Counted from the first letter of the stretch, positions 7,646 to 16,800 are shown. The stretch is DNA of 32,000 nucleotides from Nostoc sp. UHCC 0702 (GCA_017164015.1 CP071065.1:777409-809408), one strand, 5' to 3'. The notes: generated by a model not told the origin, from the letters alone. Numbers and translations are program-made.

Positions 7646-8659
7646 ATGGAGACGCTAAAGTATTTTCTACCACAGATATGGTTTGTGATTTTAGCTCTCT
7701 TTCTCTTTTTATATGTGATGCTTGATGGGTTTGATTTGGGGGTAGGGATATTGTCTCTTACCGCCTCCGATGAAAAACGCCGTAGCGTTTTGATGACCAG
7801 CTTAAGCAATATTTGGGATGCGAATGAAACTTGGCTGGTTCTGATGGCGGGAGGTCTGTTTGGCGCGTTTCCCCTAGCTTACAGCACGATTTTGAATGCT
7901 TTGTATATCCCAATTATCATCATGATATTTGGATTCATCTTTCGTGCTGTGGCATTTGAATTTCGGGAGTTAGCAAACCGAAAATTATTTTGGAATTTTG
8001 CTTTTGGTGCTGGAAGTTTTAGCGCCGCACTCGGTCAAGGATTTGCTCTTGGTGCTGTGTTAAAAGGTATCAATGTTGATGAGCAAGGGCACTTTATCGG
8101 TACAACTTGGGACTGGCTAAGTATTCCCACAGTATTGGTAGCTTTGACGTTGATTCAAGGATATGTGTTGATTGGTTCAACTTATCTAATTTGGAAAACT
8201 ACAGGAGAATTACAAGACACACATTACAAAACTGCAAAAATTGCCGCTTGGACAACGTTAATTGGTGCCATTTTTATTACGATTACCACACCGATATTTT
8301 ATGAAAGTGTAAGGTCACGCTTATTTGATCGACCCCTAGTTTTTATTTTTGCAGTTATTCCGCTGCTGGGAGTATTATTAATTTCTCAACTCCTTACTAG
8401 TCTTATTCGGAAACAAGAAAGAGCGCCTTTTATCTGGACTATTCTATTATTTTTGTTGTCGTTCGTTGGCTTAGGATTGGTTGTCTTTCCTTACATCATT
8501 CCGCCTGAGATTACCATCTATGAAGCATCTGCTGATCCTAGTTCGTTGGTAATCATGTTGATATTTATTGGTTTACTGATTCCCGTAATGCTGTTCTATA
8601 ACCTTTATCAGTACATTGTTTTCCGAGGTAAGGTAACTGGTGGTCACTACGGCGAATAA
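7646..8659 (+). CDS. cydB: Cytochrome bd-type quinol oxidase subunit II
   Basis: 337 aa, polytopic. The N-terminus ...VMLDGFDLGVGIL...IWDANETWLVL..GGLFGAFP aligns by eye with E. coli CydB (TDGFDMGVGML...HWDGNQVWLI). GGAGG lies 9 nt upstream of the ATG. Confidence 0.85.
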   Translation: METLKYFLPQIWFVILALFLFLYVMLDGFDLGVGILSLTASDEKRRSVLMTSLSNIWDANETWLVLMAGGLFGAFPLAYSTILNALYIPIIIMIFGFIFRAVAFEFRELANRKLFWNFAFGAGSFSAALGQGFALGAVLKGINVDEQGHFIGTTWDWLSIPTVLVALTLIQGYVLIGSTYLIWKTTGELQDTHYKTAKIAAWTTLIGAIFITITTPIFYESVRSRLFDRPLVFIFAVIPLLGVLLISQLLTSLIRKQERAPFIWTILLFLLSFVGLGLVVFPYIIPPEITIYEASADPSSLVIMLIFIGLLIPVMLFYNLYQYIVFRGKVTGGHYGE

Positions 8660-8718
8660 ACAGAAGTAGCCATCATCAACTGCGTACAGCAAAATAAATG
8701 AAAACTCTTTGTGTCTTG

Positions 8719-8756
8719 GTGTCTTTGTGGTTCAATATTTTTTACCACAAAGACAC
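8719..8756. other. 13-bp perfect hairpin downstream of cydB
   Basis: gtgtctttgtggt-tcaatatttttt-accacaaagacac. No U-run follows on either strand, so it may be a repeat element rather than a terminator. Confidence 0.3.
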
Positions 8757-8950
8757 AAACGTACAAAGTATATCAGTGTGCGTTACAGCGTTAAGCCTAA
8801 GCACCCCTGCACCCCTTAAAGAGTGGTGAGATACCATAACGGTCTTGACTGTATCTATGTAACTATATTTTAATGGCTCAAATAATCAAGCCTTAACAAT
8901 GTTCAACCATCAGGCAGCCCATTGCCTCCTCAAACAGATAATATTTAAAT

Positions 8951-10717
8951 ATGAACGCTACACAAGAACAACTAAAAGTAAAATTTGAGCAGGCTTTGGT
9001 CGCGGCTTTTGGCGCTGAATACGTCGGCGTAGATCCGATTTTGGTTACTGCTAGCAATCCTAAATTTGGTGATTATCAGGCGAATGTGGCTTTATCCTTA
9101 AGTGGAAGGTTAGGAAAGCAACCAAGAGCGATCGCTGCTGCTATTGTTGAGAAACTAGATGTATCAGACATCTGCAAACCGCCAGAAATAGCCGGGCCTG
9201 GTTTTATAAATCTCAAGCTGAAAACAGAGTACCTCCAAGCGCAACTGCAAGCTATTCAAGCAGATTCCAGACTAGGAATTCCAGCGACAAAAACGCCCAA
9301 GCGGGAAGTTGTGGATTTTTCTAGTCCCAACATTGCTAAAGAAATGCACGTGGGACACTTGCGTTCTACGATTATTGGTGATTCTATCGCCCGTGTTCTG
9401 GAATTTCAGGGACATGATGTCCTACGGTTAAATCATGTAGGTGATTGGGGTACGCAGTTTGGGATGTTAATCACCTACTTGCGCGAAGTTTACCCCGAAG
9501 CGCTGACTACTGCTAATGCTTTAGATATTGGAGATTTAGTTACTTTTTATCGCAAAGCTAAATTGCGGTTTGATGCAGATGAAGCTTTCCAAGAGACAGC
9601 ACGGCAAGAAGTGGTAAGATTACAAGCCGGTGCAGAAGATACACTTCATGCTTGGAAACTATTGTGTGAACAATCACGCCAAGAGTTTCAAGTAATTTAC
9701 AACTTATTAGATGTCAGTGTCATAGAACGGGGAGAATCTTTCTACAATCCTTTACTTTCAACAGTGGTAGAAGATTTAGAAAAATCCGGTTTACTAGTAG
9801 AAAATCAAGGTGCAAAATGTGTTTTTGTAGAAGGGTTTACTAACAGAGAAGGTGAACCTTTACCCTTGATTGTGCAGAAATCTGATGGCGGTTATAACTA
9901 CGCTACGACAGATTTAGCAGCTCTACGTTACCGGATTCAACAAGATGATGCCAAACGGATAATTTATGTAACAGATGCAGGACAAGCAAACCACTTTGCC
10001 CATTTCTTTAAAGTAGCAGACAAAGCCGGATGGATTCCTGAAGATGTGGAACTTGTACATGTTCCTTTTGGTTTGGTGTTAGGGGAAGATGGTAAGAAAT
10101 TCAAAACTCGTTCTGGGGATACAGTACGGTTGCGAGATTTGTTAGATGAAGCAATTTCTCGTGCGCGTGCAGACTTAGAAATTAGATTGAAAGAAGAACA
10201 ACGCAAAGAAACTGAAGAATTTATTCATGAAGTTGCTGAAGTAGTTGGGATCAGTGCAGTTAAATATGCTGACTTAAGCCAAAACCGCACCAGCAATTAC
10301 ATTTTTAGTTACGACAAAATGCTGGATCTCAAAGGTAATACCGCGCCCTATATGCTGTATGCTTATGCGCGAATTCAAGGTATTAGCCGCAAGGGTGAAA
10401 TTAACTTTGAGGAGTTGGGAGACAATGCCAAAATTTTGTTGGAACATGAAACAGAATTGACGCTAGCAAAGTACTTGCTTCAACTAGACGAAGTGATTAA
10501 TACTGTAGAGCAAGATTTATTGCCTCATCGTTTATGTGAATATTTGTACGAACTGAGTAAAAAGTTTAATCAGTTTTACGATCGCAATCAAGGAGTTCGG
10601 GTGCTGGATGCTGAAGAACCGCAGCGAACATCCCGCTTGGTTTTATGTGATTTGACTGCGAAAACTCTAAAGTTGGGATTATCTTTGCTAGGGATTAAAG
10701 TACTAGAAAGGATGTAG
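8951..10717 (+). CDS. argS: Arginine--tRNA ligase
   Basis: 588 aa. Class I HIGH motif in [21 protein letters not shown]. The overall layout and the C-terminal anticodon-binding region ending ...VLERM are typical of ArgS. Confidence 0.92.
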   Translation: MNATQEQLKVKFEQALVAAFGAEYVGVDPILVTASNPKFGDYQANVALSLSGRLGKQPRAIAAAIVEKLDVSDICKPPEIAGPGFINLKLKTEYLQAQLQAIQADSRLGIPATKTPKREVVDFSSPNIAKEMHVGHLRSTIIGDSIARVLEFQGHDVLRLNHVGDWGTQFGMLITYLREVYPEALTTANALDIGDLVTFYRKAKLRFDADEAFQETARQEVVRLQAGAEDTLHAWKLLCEQSRQEFQVIYNLLDVSVIERGESFYNPLLSTVVEDLEKSGLLVENQGAKCVFVEGFTNREGEPLPLIVQKSDGGYNYATTDLAALRYRIQQDDAKRIIYVTDAGQANHFAHFFKVADKAGWIPEDVELVHVPFGLVLGEDGKKFKTRSGDTVRLRDLLDEAISRARADLEIRLKEEQRKETEEFIHEVAEVVGISAVKYADLSQNRTSNYIFSYDKMLDLKGNTAPYMLYAYARIQGISRKGEINFEELGDNAKILLEHETELTLAKYLLQLDEVINTVEQDLLPHRLCEYLYELSKKFNQFYDRNQGVRVLDAEEPQRTSRLVLCDLTAKTLKLGLSLLGIKVLERM

Positions 10718-10724
10718 GAAGTTG

Positions 10725-10753
10725 TTGACTGATGATTGATGACTGATGACTGT
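10725..10753. repeat. Heptamer tract (TGAYTGA-like) just after the argS stop
   Basis: ttgactgatgattgatgactgatgactgtt, read directly. Confidence 0.7.
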
Positions 10754-10798
10754 TAATAGTCAGGGAGAAGTAATTACAGGAGGATATGTTTTTAAGGT

Positions 10799-11180
10799 GA
10801 TATCATATTCGCTTGATTACTTATTAAAACCGAAGAACCCCACCCCGCCAAAGCTATGCTTTGTCTCCCCTCCCCGTCAACGGGGAGGGGTTGGGGGTGG
10901 GGTTATCATATGTACTTGGCGCTTACTGGGAAATGCTATATCATATCCGCTTGATTACTTATTAAAACCGAAGAACCCCACCCCGCCAAAGCTATGCTTT
11001 GTCTCCCCTCCCCGTCAACGGGGAGGGGTTGGGGGTGGGGTTATCATATGTACTTGGCGCTTACTGGGAAATGCTATATCATATCCGCTTGATTACTTAT
11101 TAAAACCGAAGAACCCCACCCCGCCAAAGCTATGCTTTGTCTCCCCTCCCCGTCAACGGGGAGGGGTTGGGGGTGGGGTG
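10799..11180. repeat. 138-bp tandem repeat, 2.8 near-identical copies, each with a nested GC-rich hairpin
   Basis: Units start at 10799, 10937 and 11075. I see a single mismatch, tattcgc versus tatccgc. Each unit contains aaccccacccc...ctcccctccccg-tcaa-cggggagggg-tt-gggggtggggtt. The third copy is truncated after the hairpin. Confidence 0.9.
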
Positions 11181-11261
11181 CAATGATTGCGGGAATTATA
11201 ACTAATTAACTGGACATCATTGAAACCTGTTGTTGCATAGGCTGAAATGGCGGTTTTACGT

Positions 11262-12971
11262 GTTTCAATCCCCTTGCGGGGTAGTAGGAAGTTGAAACTG
11301 AAAAAGCCAAGCTCACAGACAAAGAACAGTATAGTTTCAATCCCCTTGCGGGGTAGTAGGAAGTTGAAACCATTAGCGCGTAGCTTTGGGAGAACTTCTT
11401 CAAAGTTTCAATCCCCTTGCGGGGTAGTAGGAAGTTGAAACTTCTGCCCAAATGTCCGCAGATAAGCTCTACTTGTTTCAATCCCCTTGCGGGGTAGTAG
11501 GAAGTTGAAACAAAATGTGTTTTTTCATCTCTTCTGAGATATCAGAAATGTTTCAATCCCCTTGCGGGGTAGTAGGAAGTTGAAACTACAATTTCAATGC
11601 TTGGGAAATCATCGTATTCAATGTTTCAATCCCCTTGCGGGGTAGTAGGAAGTTGAAACTGCTGACATGTGCCAACTTGCCTTAAATCAAGTTTCAATCC
11701 CCTTGCGGGGTAGTAGGAAGTTGAAACTCTTAAGTTTTGGTGCAAGTATTTCAACTATGTTTGGTTTCAATCCCCTTGCGGGGTAGTAGGAAGTTGAAAC
11801 TTGCATAATCCCTTTGTTGCTTTAGAATCCCGGCACGTTTCAATCCCCTTGCGGGGTAGTAGGAAGTTGAAACTCTATCGTTAGCTTCCCTGGCAAACCG
11901 AATGCATCGCAGTTTCAATCCCCTTGCGGGGTAGTAGGAAGTTGAAACTCCCATAAAGGCTTGCTCTACACTTGATGCTGAAGTAGTTTCAATCCCCTTG
12001 CGGGGTAGTAGGAAGTTGAAACGCATCAGCAGCTTTTACCCAAGGGGTTACTCTCAGGTTTCAATCCCCTTGCGGGGTAGTAGGAAGTTGAAACTCGGTT
12101 TTGGGAAATCCGGGGTGACTGGGTACAGTAAGTTTCAATCCCCTTGCGGGGTAGTAGGAAGTTGAAACAATCCCGATCCCTCCTCATTCGCAAAGCTGTT
12201 GACCGTTTCAATCCCCTTGCGGGGTAGTAGGAAGTTGAAACAGTTCACGATATAGATTTAGCAACCGCTTTTCCTGAGTTTCAATCCCCTTGCGGGGTAG
12301 TAGGAAGTTGAAACATAGATTTTTCTAAGTCAGGACAATAATACAAATCATTGTTTCAATCCCCTTGCGGGGTAGTAGGAAGTTGAAACTTTTGAGAACA
12401 TATATTGGCTATATATTCAGTCCATAGTTTCAATCCCCTTGCGGGGTAGTAGGAAGTTGAAACACGATGATAGAACAGGTATTACTATAGGTAGCATTGG
12501 TTTCAATCCCCTTGCGGGGTAGTAGGAAGTTGAAACCAAAGGGTATATGTCACGCTTCGGACAAAGGATGAGTTTCAATCCCCTTGCGGGGTAGTAGGAA
12601 GTTGAAACAGTAAACTTTTACATTTGCTTGATTTATCGTAAATTGTTTCAATCCCCTTGCGGGGTAGTAGGAAGTTGAAACTTGATGAACTGCGATCGCT
12701 TCTTGCACAGTATGAAGGTTTCAATCCCCTTGCGGGGTAGTAGGAAGTTGAAACTAGGTAAAGGTTCCATCGCGTCTGCAACTGCTCGTTTCAATCCCCT
12801 TGCGGGGTAGTAGGAAGTTGAAACTTTTTTTCCTTTGTTCTAATAAAATCATATTTATCGGTTTCAATCCCCTTGCGGGGTAGTAGGAAGTTGAAACTTA
12901 CCCATCACCAGAATTATACGAAGAATACCCCAAGGTTTCAATCCCCTTGCGGGGTAGTAGGAAGTTGAAAC
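11262..12971 (-). CRISPR. CRISPR array: 24 identical 37-nt repeats and 23 spacers of 31-38 nt
   Basis: Plus-strand repeat is GTTTCAATCCCCTTGCGGGGTAGTAGGAAGTTGAAAC. Repeat starts: 11262, 11334, 11405, 11475, 11550, 11623, 11691, 11764, 11837, 11912, 11986, 12058, 12132, 12205, 12278, 12353, 12427, 12500, 12572, 12645, 12718, 12788, 12861, 12935. Minus orientation is inferred because the reverse complement ends with hairpin CCCCGCAAGGGG plus ATTGAAAC, a Cas6-type 8-nt handle layout. A degenerate remnant (11190-11226, only ..cattgaaac conserved, 35 nt before repeat 1) lies at the left end. Confidence 0.95.
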
Positions 12972-13334
12972 CCTACCCTCTGAAACTGCTACTGAGCAAG
13001 GTTCCTGTGAGGGTTTTTGGCGGGGGAGAAATTTGGATGATTTTCAGCCGCACTTATTGCAAAATACTTGCATTTACCCAAACTATCGAAACGCTGTAAT
13101 TATTGATTTATCAAGGTTCTGGCGATTTTGGCGGCACTCCAGGGATTTTACTCCCGCTTCGCCCTGCCAAACATCAAGCTGATTACATGATTATATAATC
13201 ATTGTTCTCGATTGTCGAGGTTTTCTCAACTATATGTAACGGCAATTCATGAGTAGCCCTGAAGTGAATCAAGCTAAACCTCACATAGAATTGGTATAAA
13301 GACGCAATTCGCACTTTCATAGGAGTATCCAGCT
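12972..13334 (-). promoter_or_regulatory. Putative CRISPR leader / divergent promoter region
   Basis: 363 nt of non-coding DNA at the end opposite the degenerate repeat. It contains a perfect 16-bp palindrome ATGATTATATAATCAT (13187-13202) with TATAAT readable on both strands, and a repeated ttttggcgg motif. Confidence 0.35.
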
Positions 13335-13994
13335 GTGCAGCCGGACTTAATAGGCTTGGAAATTAGCAAGGGAGAATTGAGACGTTTGACTGGATTCGAT
13401 CCAGATGATGTCTTTCGACCTTCTATTATCAAAGACCGCAAGAAACGATTAGGGTTTTTTATCAATGAAATATTTTTGTCCCTAGCTTTAACCCCAATTA
13501 TTGTTGGTGCTATTTATGCATTTATTATTCTACCAACAATTGGTTCTTCAATTAAACTAGGAATTATCTTATTAATTCTAGTGCCAATTGCCGTAGTCGT
13601 GGCGCGATCGCTATGGCGGCACTTCACCTGTCCCAAAGCACTGACAATACTTTTAGATGAAGTCGATAAATATCACCACGTTGTCAAAGCCATAGATATT
13701 AATGACCAATTGGCAATATCCACAAACTCCCAAAACAGTATAAATGAGCGAGATCAAATCATCGCCGCCCTGCAACTGATTAGAGAAAATTTAGTCCTCG
13801 CTTTAAAAAGTGAACGAATTTTGCGAGATAATAAACAACTACTTGCTAATAACCAAGAGTTATTTGTGAATAATTTAGCTAACCTGCAAGCTTTGCAAGC
13901 TAGCAGCCAAGCCAGCGAATATAGTCAACTTTTAAATGAATCTTTACAAATTGCCCTTGATGTCCAAGCAGAAATCAAAAAATTACAGCATTAA
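13335..13994 (+). CDS. Hypothetical membrane protein with C-terminal coiled-coil-like region
   Basis: 219 aa with a GTG start preceded by AGGAG. Two hydrophobic helices (FFINEIFLSLALTPIIVGAIYAFIIL and LGIILLILVPIAVVVA). The C-terminus is rich in Q/L/N heptad-like sequence. No family recognised. Confidence 0.55.
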   Translation: MQPDLIGLEISKGELRRLTGFDPDDVFRPSIIKDRKKRLGFFINEIFLSLALTPIIVGAIYAFIILPTIGSSIKLGIILLILVPIAVVVARSLWRHFTCPKALTILLDEVDKYHHVVKAIDINDQLAISTNSQNSINERDQIIAALQLIRENLVLALKSERILRDNKQLLANNQELFVNNLANLQALQASSQASEYSQLLNESLQIALDVQAEIKKLQH

Positions 13995-14076
13995 GCCAGA
14001 ACGACTTCAAAATCCAAATAGGTGAGTAAGAATAAACATGACTACGTTACAAAACCTAAATACCCCTGAAACCGTA

Positions 14077-14137
14077 ACAACTAACAACTGACAACTGACA
14101 ACTGACAACTGACAACTGACAACTGACAACTGACAAC
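14077..14137. repeat. STRR heptamer tract (CAACTGA)n
   Basis: acaactaacaactgacaactgacaactgacaactgacaactgacaactgacaacc, read directly. Confidence 0.9.
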
Positions 14138-14176
14138 CCTCACAAGTCAACTTTATTGACGCCACCTACCTATTAA

Positions 14177-15526
14177 ATGAGTAACAAACCGAAAATAATT
14201 GTCCTAGATGATGATCCTACAGGTTCTCAAACAGTCCATAGCTGTTTGCTGCTAATGCACTGGGATGTGGACACTTTACGTACTGGCTTAAAGGATGATT
14301 CGCCGATTTTTTTTGTGCTAACCAATACTAGAGCCATGACGCCAGAGTCAGCAACAGCTGTGACTAAAGAAGTTTGTCAAAACTTGAAATTGGCATTAGC
14401 CGCTGAAGAAATTACAGATTTTCTCATTGTCAGCCGTTCTGATTCTACCTTGCGGGGACATTACCCAATTGAAACTGATGCGATCGCTACTGAACTCGGC
14501 CCATTTGATGCTCATTTTCTCGTCCCGGCATTTTTTGTTGGCGAAGCCTCTCGAAGAGAAGGCGGACGCATCACCCGCGATAGCATACATTACTTGATTA
14601 TCGATGGTACACCTACCCCAGTCCATGAAACTGAGTTTGCTAAAGATTCAGTCTTTAGCTACCATCACAGTTACTTGCCTAAGTATGTAGAAGAAAAGAC
14701 TCAAGGACAAATTCCTGCTGAATCAGTAGAAAGATTTTTACTTGCAGACATCCGTGCTGGTAGTCTCCAACGCTTGCTGAAACTCAGTAAGAATCAGTGC
14801 GCTGTGGTAGATGGTGAAACACAAGCTGATCTCAACACCTTTGCTGTAGATATATTAGCCGCTGCGAGTCAAGGAAAACGCTTTTTGTTTCGCAGTGCTG
14901 CCAGTATCTTAACAGCTTTGGCTGCTTTGCCTCCCCAACCCATTGCCGCAGAAAACATGGCAAAATACGTCCGGCAAGGTAAACCAGGTGCAATCATTGT
15001 GGGTTCCCATGTGAAAAAGACAACTCAGCAATTAGAAACGCTATTGCAAGCAGAGGGAACAGCAGGAATCGAAGTGAATGTGGCACAATTACTTGATGAC
15101 GGAGAAAATAAATCTGCCCAACTGTTAAGCGATATCCTAGAAAGTACACGAGCAACACACAACGCTGGTAAAACACCAGTGATTTATACCAGTCGTCAGG
15201 AACTTACTTTTAAGGATGCTAAAACACGGCTAGACTTTGGGGTGAAAGTTTCCAGTTTGTTAATGGATATTGTGCGCGGTTTACCATCTGATATAGGATT
15301 TTTAATCAGCAAGGGTGGCATTACCTCCAACGATGTTTTAAGTACTGGTCTTTCTCTGAGATCAGCTCGATTGCTTGGTCAAATTTTACCTGGTTGTTCG
15401 ATGGTGATTACCAACTCAGACCATCCACAGTTTCCCAATTTGCCAGTGGTGCTGTTTCCTGGTAATGTTGGCGGTGCTGATGCTTTGGAGACAGTTTACA
15501 AAAGATTAAGTAAAAATACTAAGTGA
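14177..15526 (+). CDS. Four-carbon acid sugar kinase family protein (DUF1537/YgbK-like)
   Basis: 449 aa. The N-terminal IIVLDDDPTGSQTVH motif and overall size are typical of the family. Confidence 0.75.
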   Translation: MSNKPKIIVLDDDPTGSQTVHSCLLLMHWDVDTLRTGLKDDSPIFFVLTNTRAMTPESATAVTKEVCQNLKLALAAEEITDFLIVSRSDSTLRGHYPIETDAIATELGPFDAHFLVPAFFVGEASRREGGRITRDSIHYLIIDGTPTPVHETEFAKDSVFSYHHSYLPKYVEEKTQGQIPAESVERFLLADIRAGSLQRLLKLSKNQCAVVDGETQADLNTFAVDILAAASQGKRFLFRSAASILTALAALPPQPIAAENMAKYVRQGKPGAIIVGSHVKKTTQQLETLLQAEGTAGIEVNVAQLLDDGENKSAQLLSDILESTRATHNAGKTPVIYTSRQELTFKDAKTRLDFGVKVSSLLMDIVRGLPSDIGFLISKGGITSNDVLSTGLSLRSARLLGQILPGCSMVITNSDHPQFPNLPVVLFPGNVGGADALETVYKRLSKNTK

Positions 15527-15550
15527 TGGCTGATGACTGATGGCTGATGA
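15524..15550. repeat. Heptamer tract (TGATGRC)n starting at the stop codon of the kinase gene
   Basis: tgatggc tgatgac tgatggc tgatga. The first TGA is the stop codon at 15524-15526. Confidence 0.8.
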
Positions 15551-15648
15551 TACCATTTCACTCAATTACTGATACAAATCCAAAGCACCCCTGCACCCCT
15601 GCACCCCTGCACTGCCTATTTGTATCAAAATTAAAGTAAAACGGTATG
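15549..15648. repeat. Imperfect palindromic element with a (GCACCCCT)x3 centre
   Basis: Arms gataccatttcactcaattactgatacaaat and atttgtatcaaaattaaagtaaaacggtat match at roughly 23 of 30 positions. They flank ccaaagcacccctgcacccctgcacccctgcactgcct. The related motif aagcacccctgcacccct occurs at about 8800-8817. Confidence 0.5.
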
Positions 15649-15747
15649 ACTGATGGCTGTCATCAATGAAGAATTACATGGGGTGGTTTTTTATTTGTCA
15701 GTCTTTAAGAATTTCTCGGTGTATCTTTGTCTTTTGGCTGGTGCTAC

Positions 15748-16800
15748 ATGACTTCTGATTTTACTGTCCCCGATATAGAGCCAAATTCCGCACTTTCTGA
15801 TGCAGAATCAATCTCTCACCTTTCGGATATGGAGGTCAATTCTACCGTTTCTGATAGAGATCCTAATCCTATTATCCCGGATGCAGAACTAAATTCTGTC
15901 CTGCTTTATTTAAAGTCAAATTCTGGCCCTATTGACCTAGAGTTAGACTCTGCAATCCCTAATATCGAGTTAAATAATTCTACCGCCACTGACGTAGACT
16001 TAGATTCTGCTTTTTGGGATATCAATTCTACCGAATCACCAATAGTAGGAAATAAATTAAAAAATCATAACCAAGTCAAGTTAAAAACTGAAGAGGGACG
16101 ATTACTAGTAATTTTACCTACAGAAATTCAAGTACCTGCCTCAGAAGTTACTTGGTCTGAAATGTGGCAACAATTGAAGTTGCGATTAATGGCAGGCGAT
16201 CGCCTGCGTACCCAGAATACAGCAGTGCATCTCATAGCACAAGACCGCTTACTTGATGGCAGACAACTGCAAGAACTCGCCGAAGCATTCAGCGAAGTGC
16301 AACTGCAACTCAAATCTGTAGCAACAAGTCGCCGTCAAACTGCGATCGCAGCTGTCACATCCGGCTATTCTGTAGAACAACTACAGCCACAAACCTCTCT
16401 CAGTTCTGAAATCAACGCCAACTCCACACCCCAAGCAGATGCCCTATATCTAGAAATGACAATACGTTCTGGAGTAGAAATTCGCCATCCCGGTACGGTA
16501 ATTGTCTTGGGAGATATAAATCCAGGTGGTATTGTAATTGCAGAAGGAGACATTTTAGTGTGGGGACGTTTAAGAGGAATTGCTCATGCTGGTGCAGCAG
16601 GCAATCGTGATTGTCTAATTATGGCTGTGCAAATGGAACCAACTCAATTGCGAATCGCCGATGCAGTCGCCAGGGCACCAGAAAAATCGCCGACGCAGTT
16701 TTTCCCAGAAGTGGCACATATGACGCCCCAAGGAATTCGCATTGCCAGGGCCAATGATTTTTCCAGAAATCAATTCAACAGGATCAATCAAGCTACATAA
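15748..16800 (+). CDS. minC: Septum site-determining protein MinC with extended acidic repeat N-terminus
   Basis: The C-terminal beta-helix region GTVIVLGDINPGGIVIAEGDILVWGRLRGIAHAGAAGN...QLRIADAVARAPE is canonical MinC. I place the start at ATG 15748 (MTSDF) rather than the listed TTG at 15727. It is followed by minD and minE. Confidence 0.85.
   Translation: MTSDFTVPDIEPNSALSDAESISHLSDMEVNSTVSDRDPNPIIPDAELNSVLLYLKSNSGPIDLELDSAIPNIELNNSTATDVDLDSAFWDINSTESPIVGNKLKNHNQVKLKTEEGRLLVILPTEIQVPASEVTWSEMWQQLKLRLMAGDRLRTQNTAVHLIAQDRLLDGRQLQELAEAFSEVQLQLKSVATSRRQTAIAAVTSGYSVEQLQPQTSLSSEINANSTPQADALYLEMTIRSGVEIRHPGTVIVLGDINPGGIVIAEGDILVWGRLRGIAHAGAAGNRDCLIMAVQMEPTQLRIADAVARAPEKSPTQFFPEVAHMTPQGIRIARANDFSRNQFNRINQAT

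Noticed and set aside
10746-11186. 146-aa ORF with a triplicated peptide (YLLKPKNPTPPKLCFVSPPRQRGGVGGGV)
   Set aside because: It is generated by the 138-bp tandem repeat (138 is a multiple of 3). The sequence is dominated by a GC hairpin. There is no start context and no coding-like variation between copies.
11206-12781. ORFs 11206-11481(-), 11247-11438(+), 11751-12026(-), 12026-12211(-) and 12575-12781(-) with recurring STSYYPARGLK / FNFLLPRKGIET peptides
   Set aside because: They are translations of the CRISPR repeat. The recurring peptides are the 37-nt repeat read in different frames.
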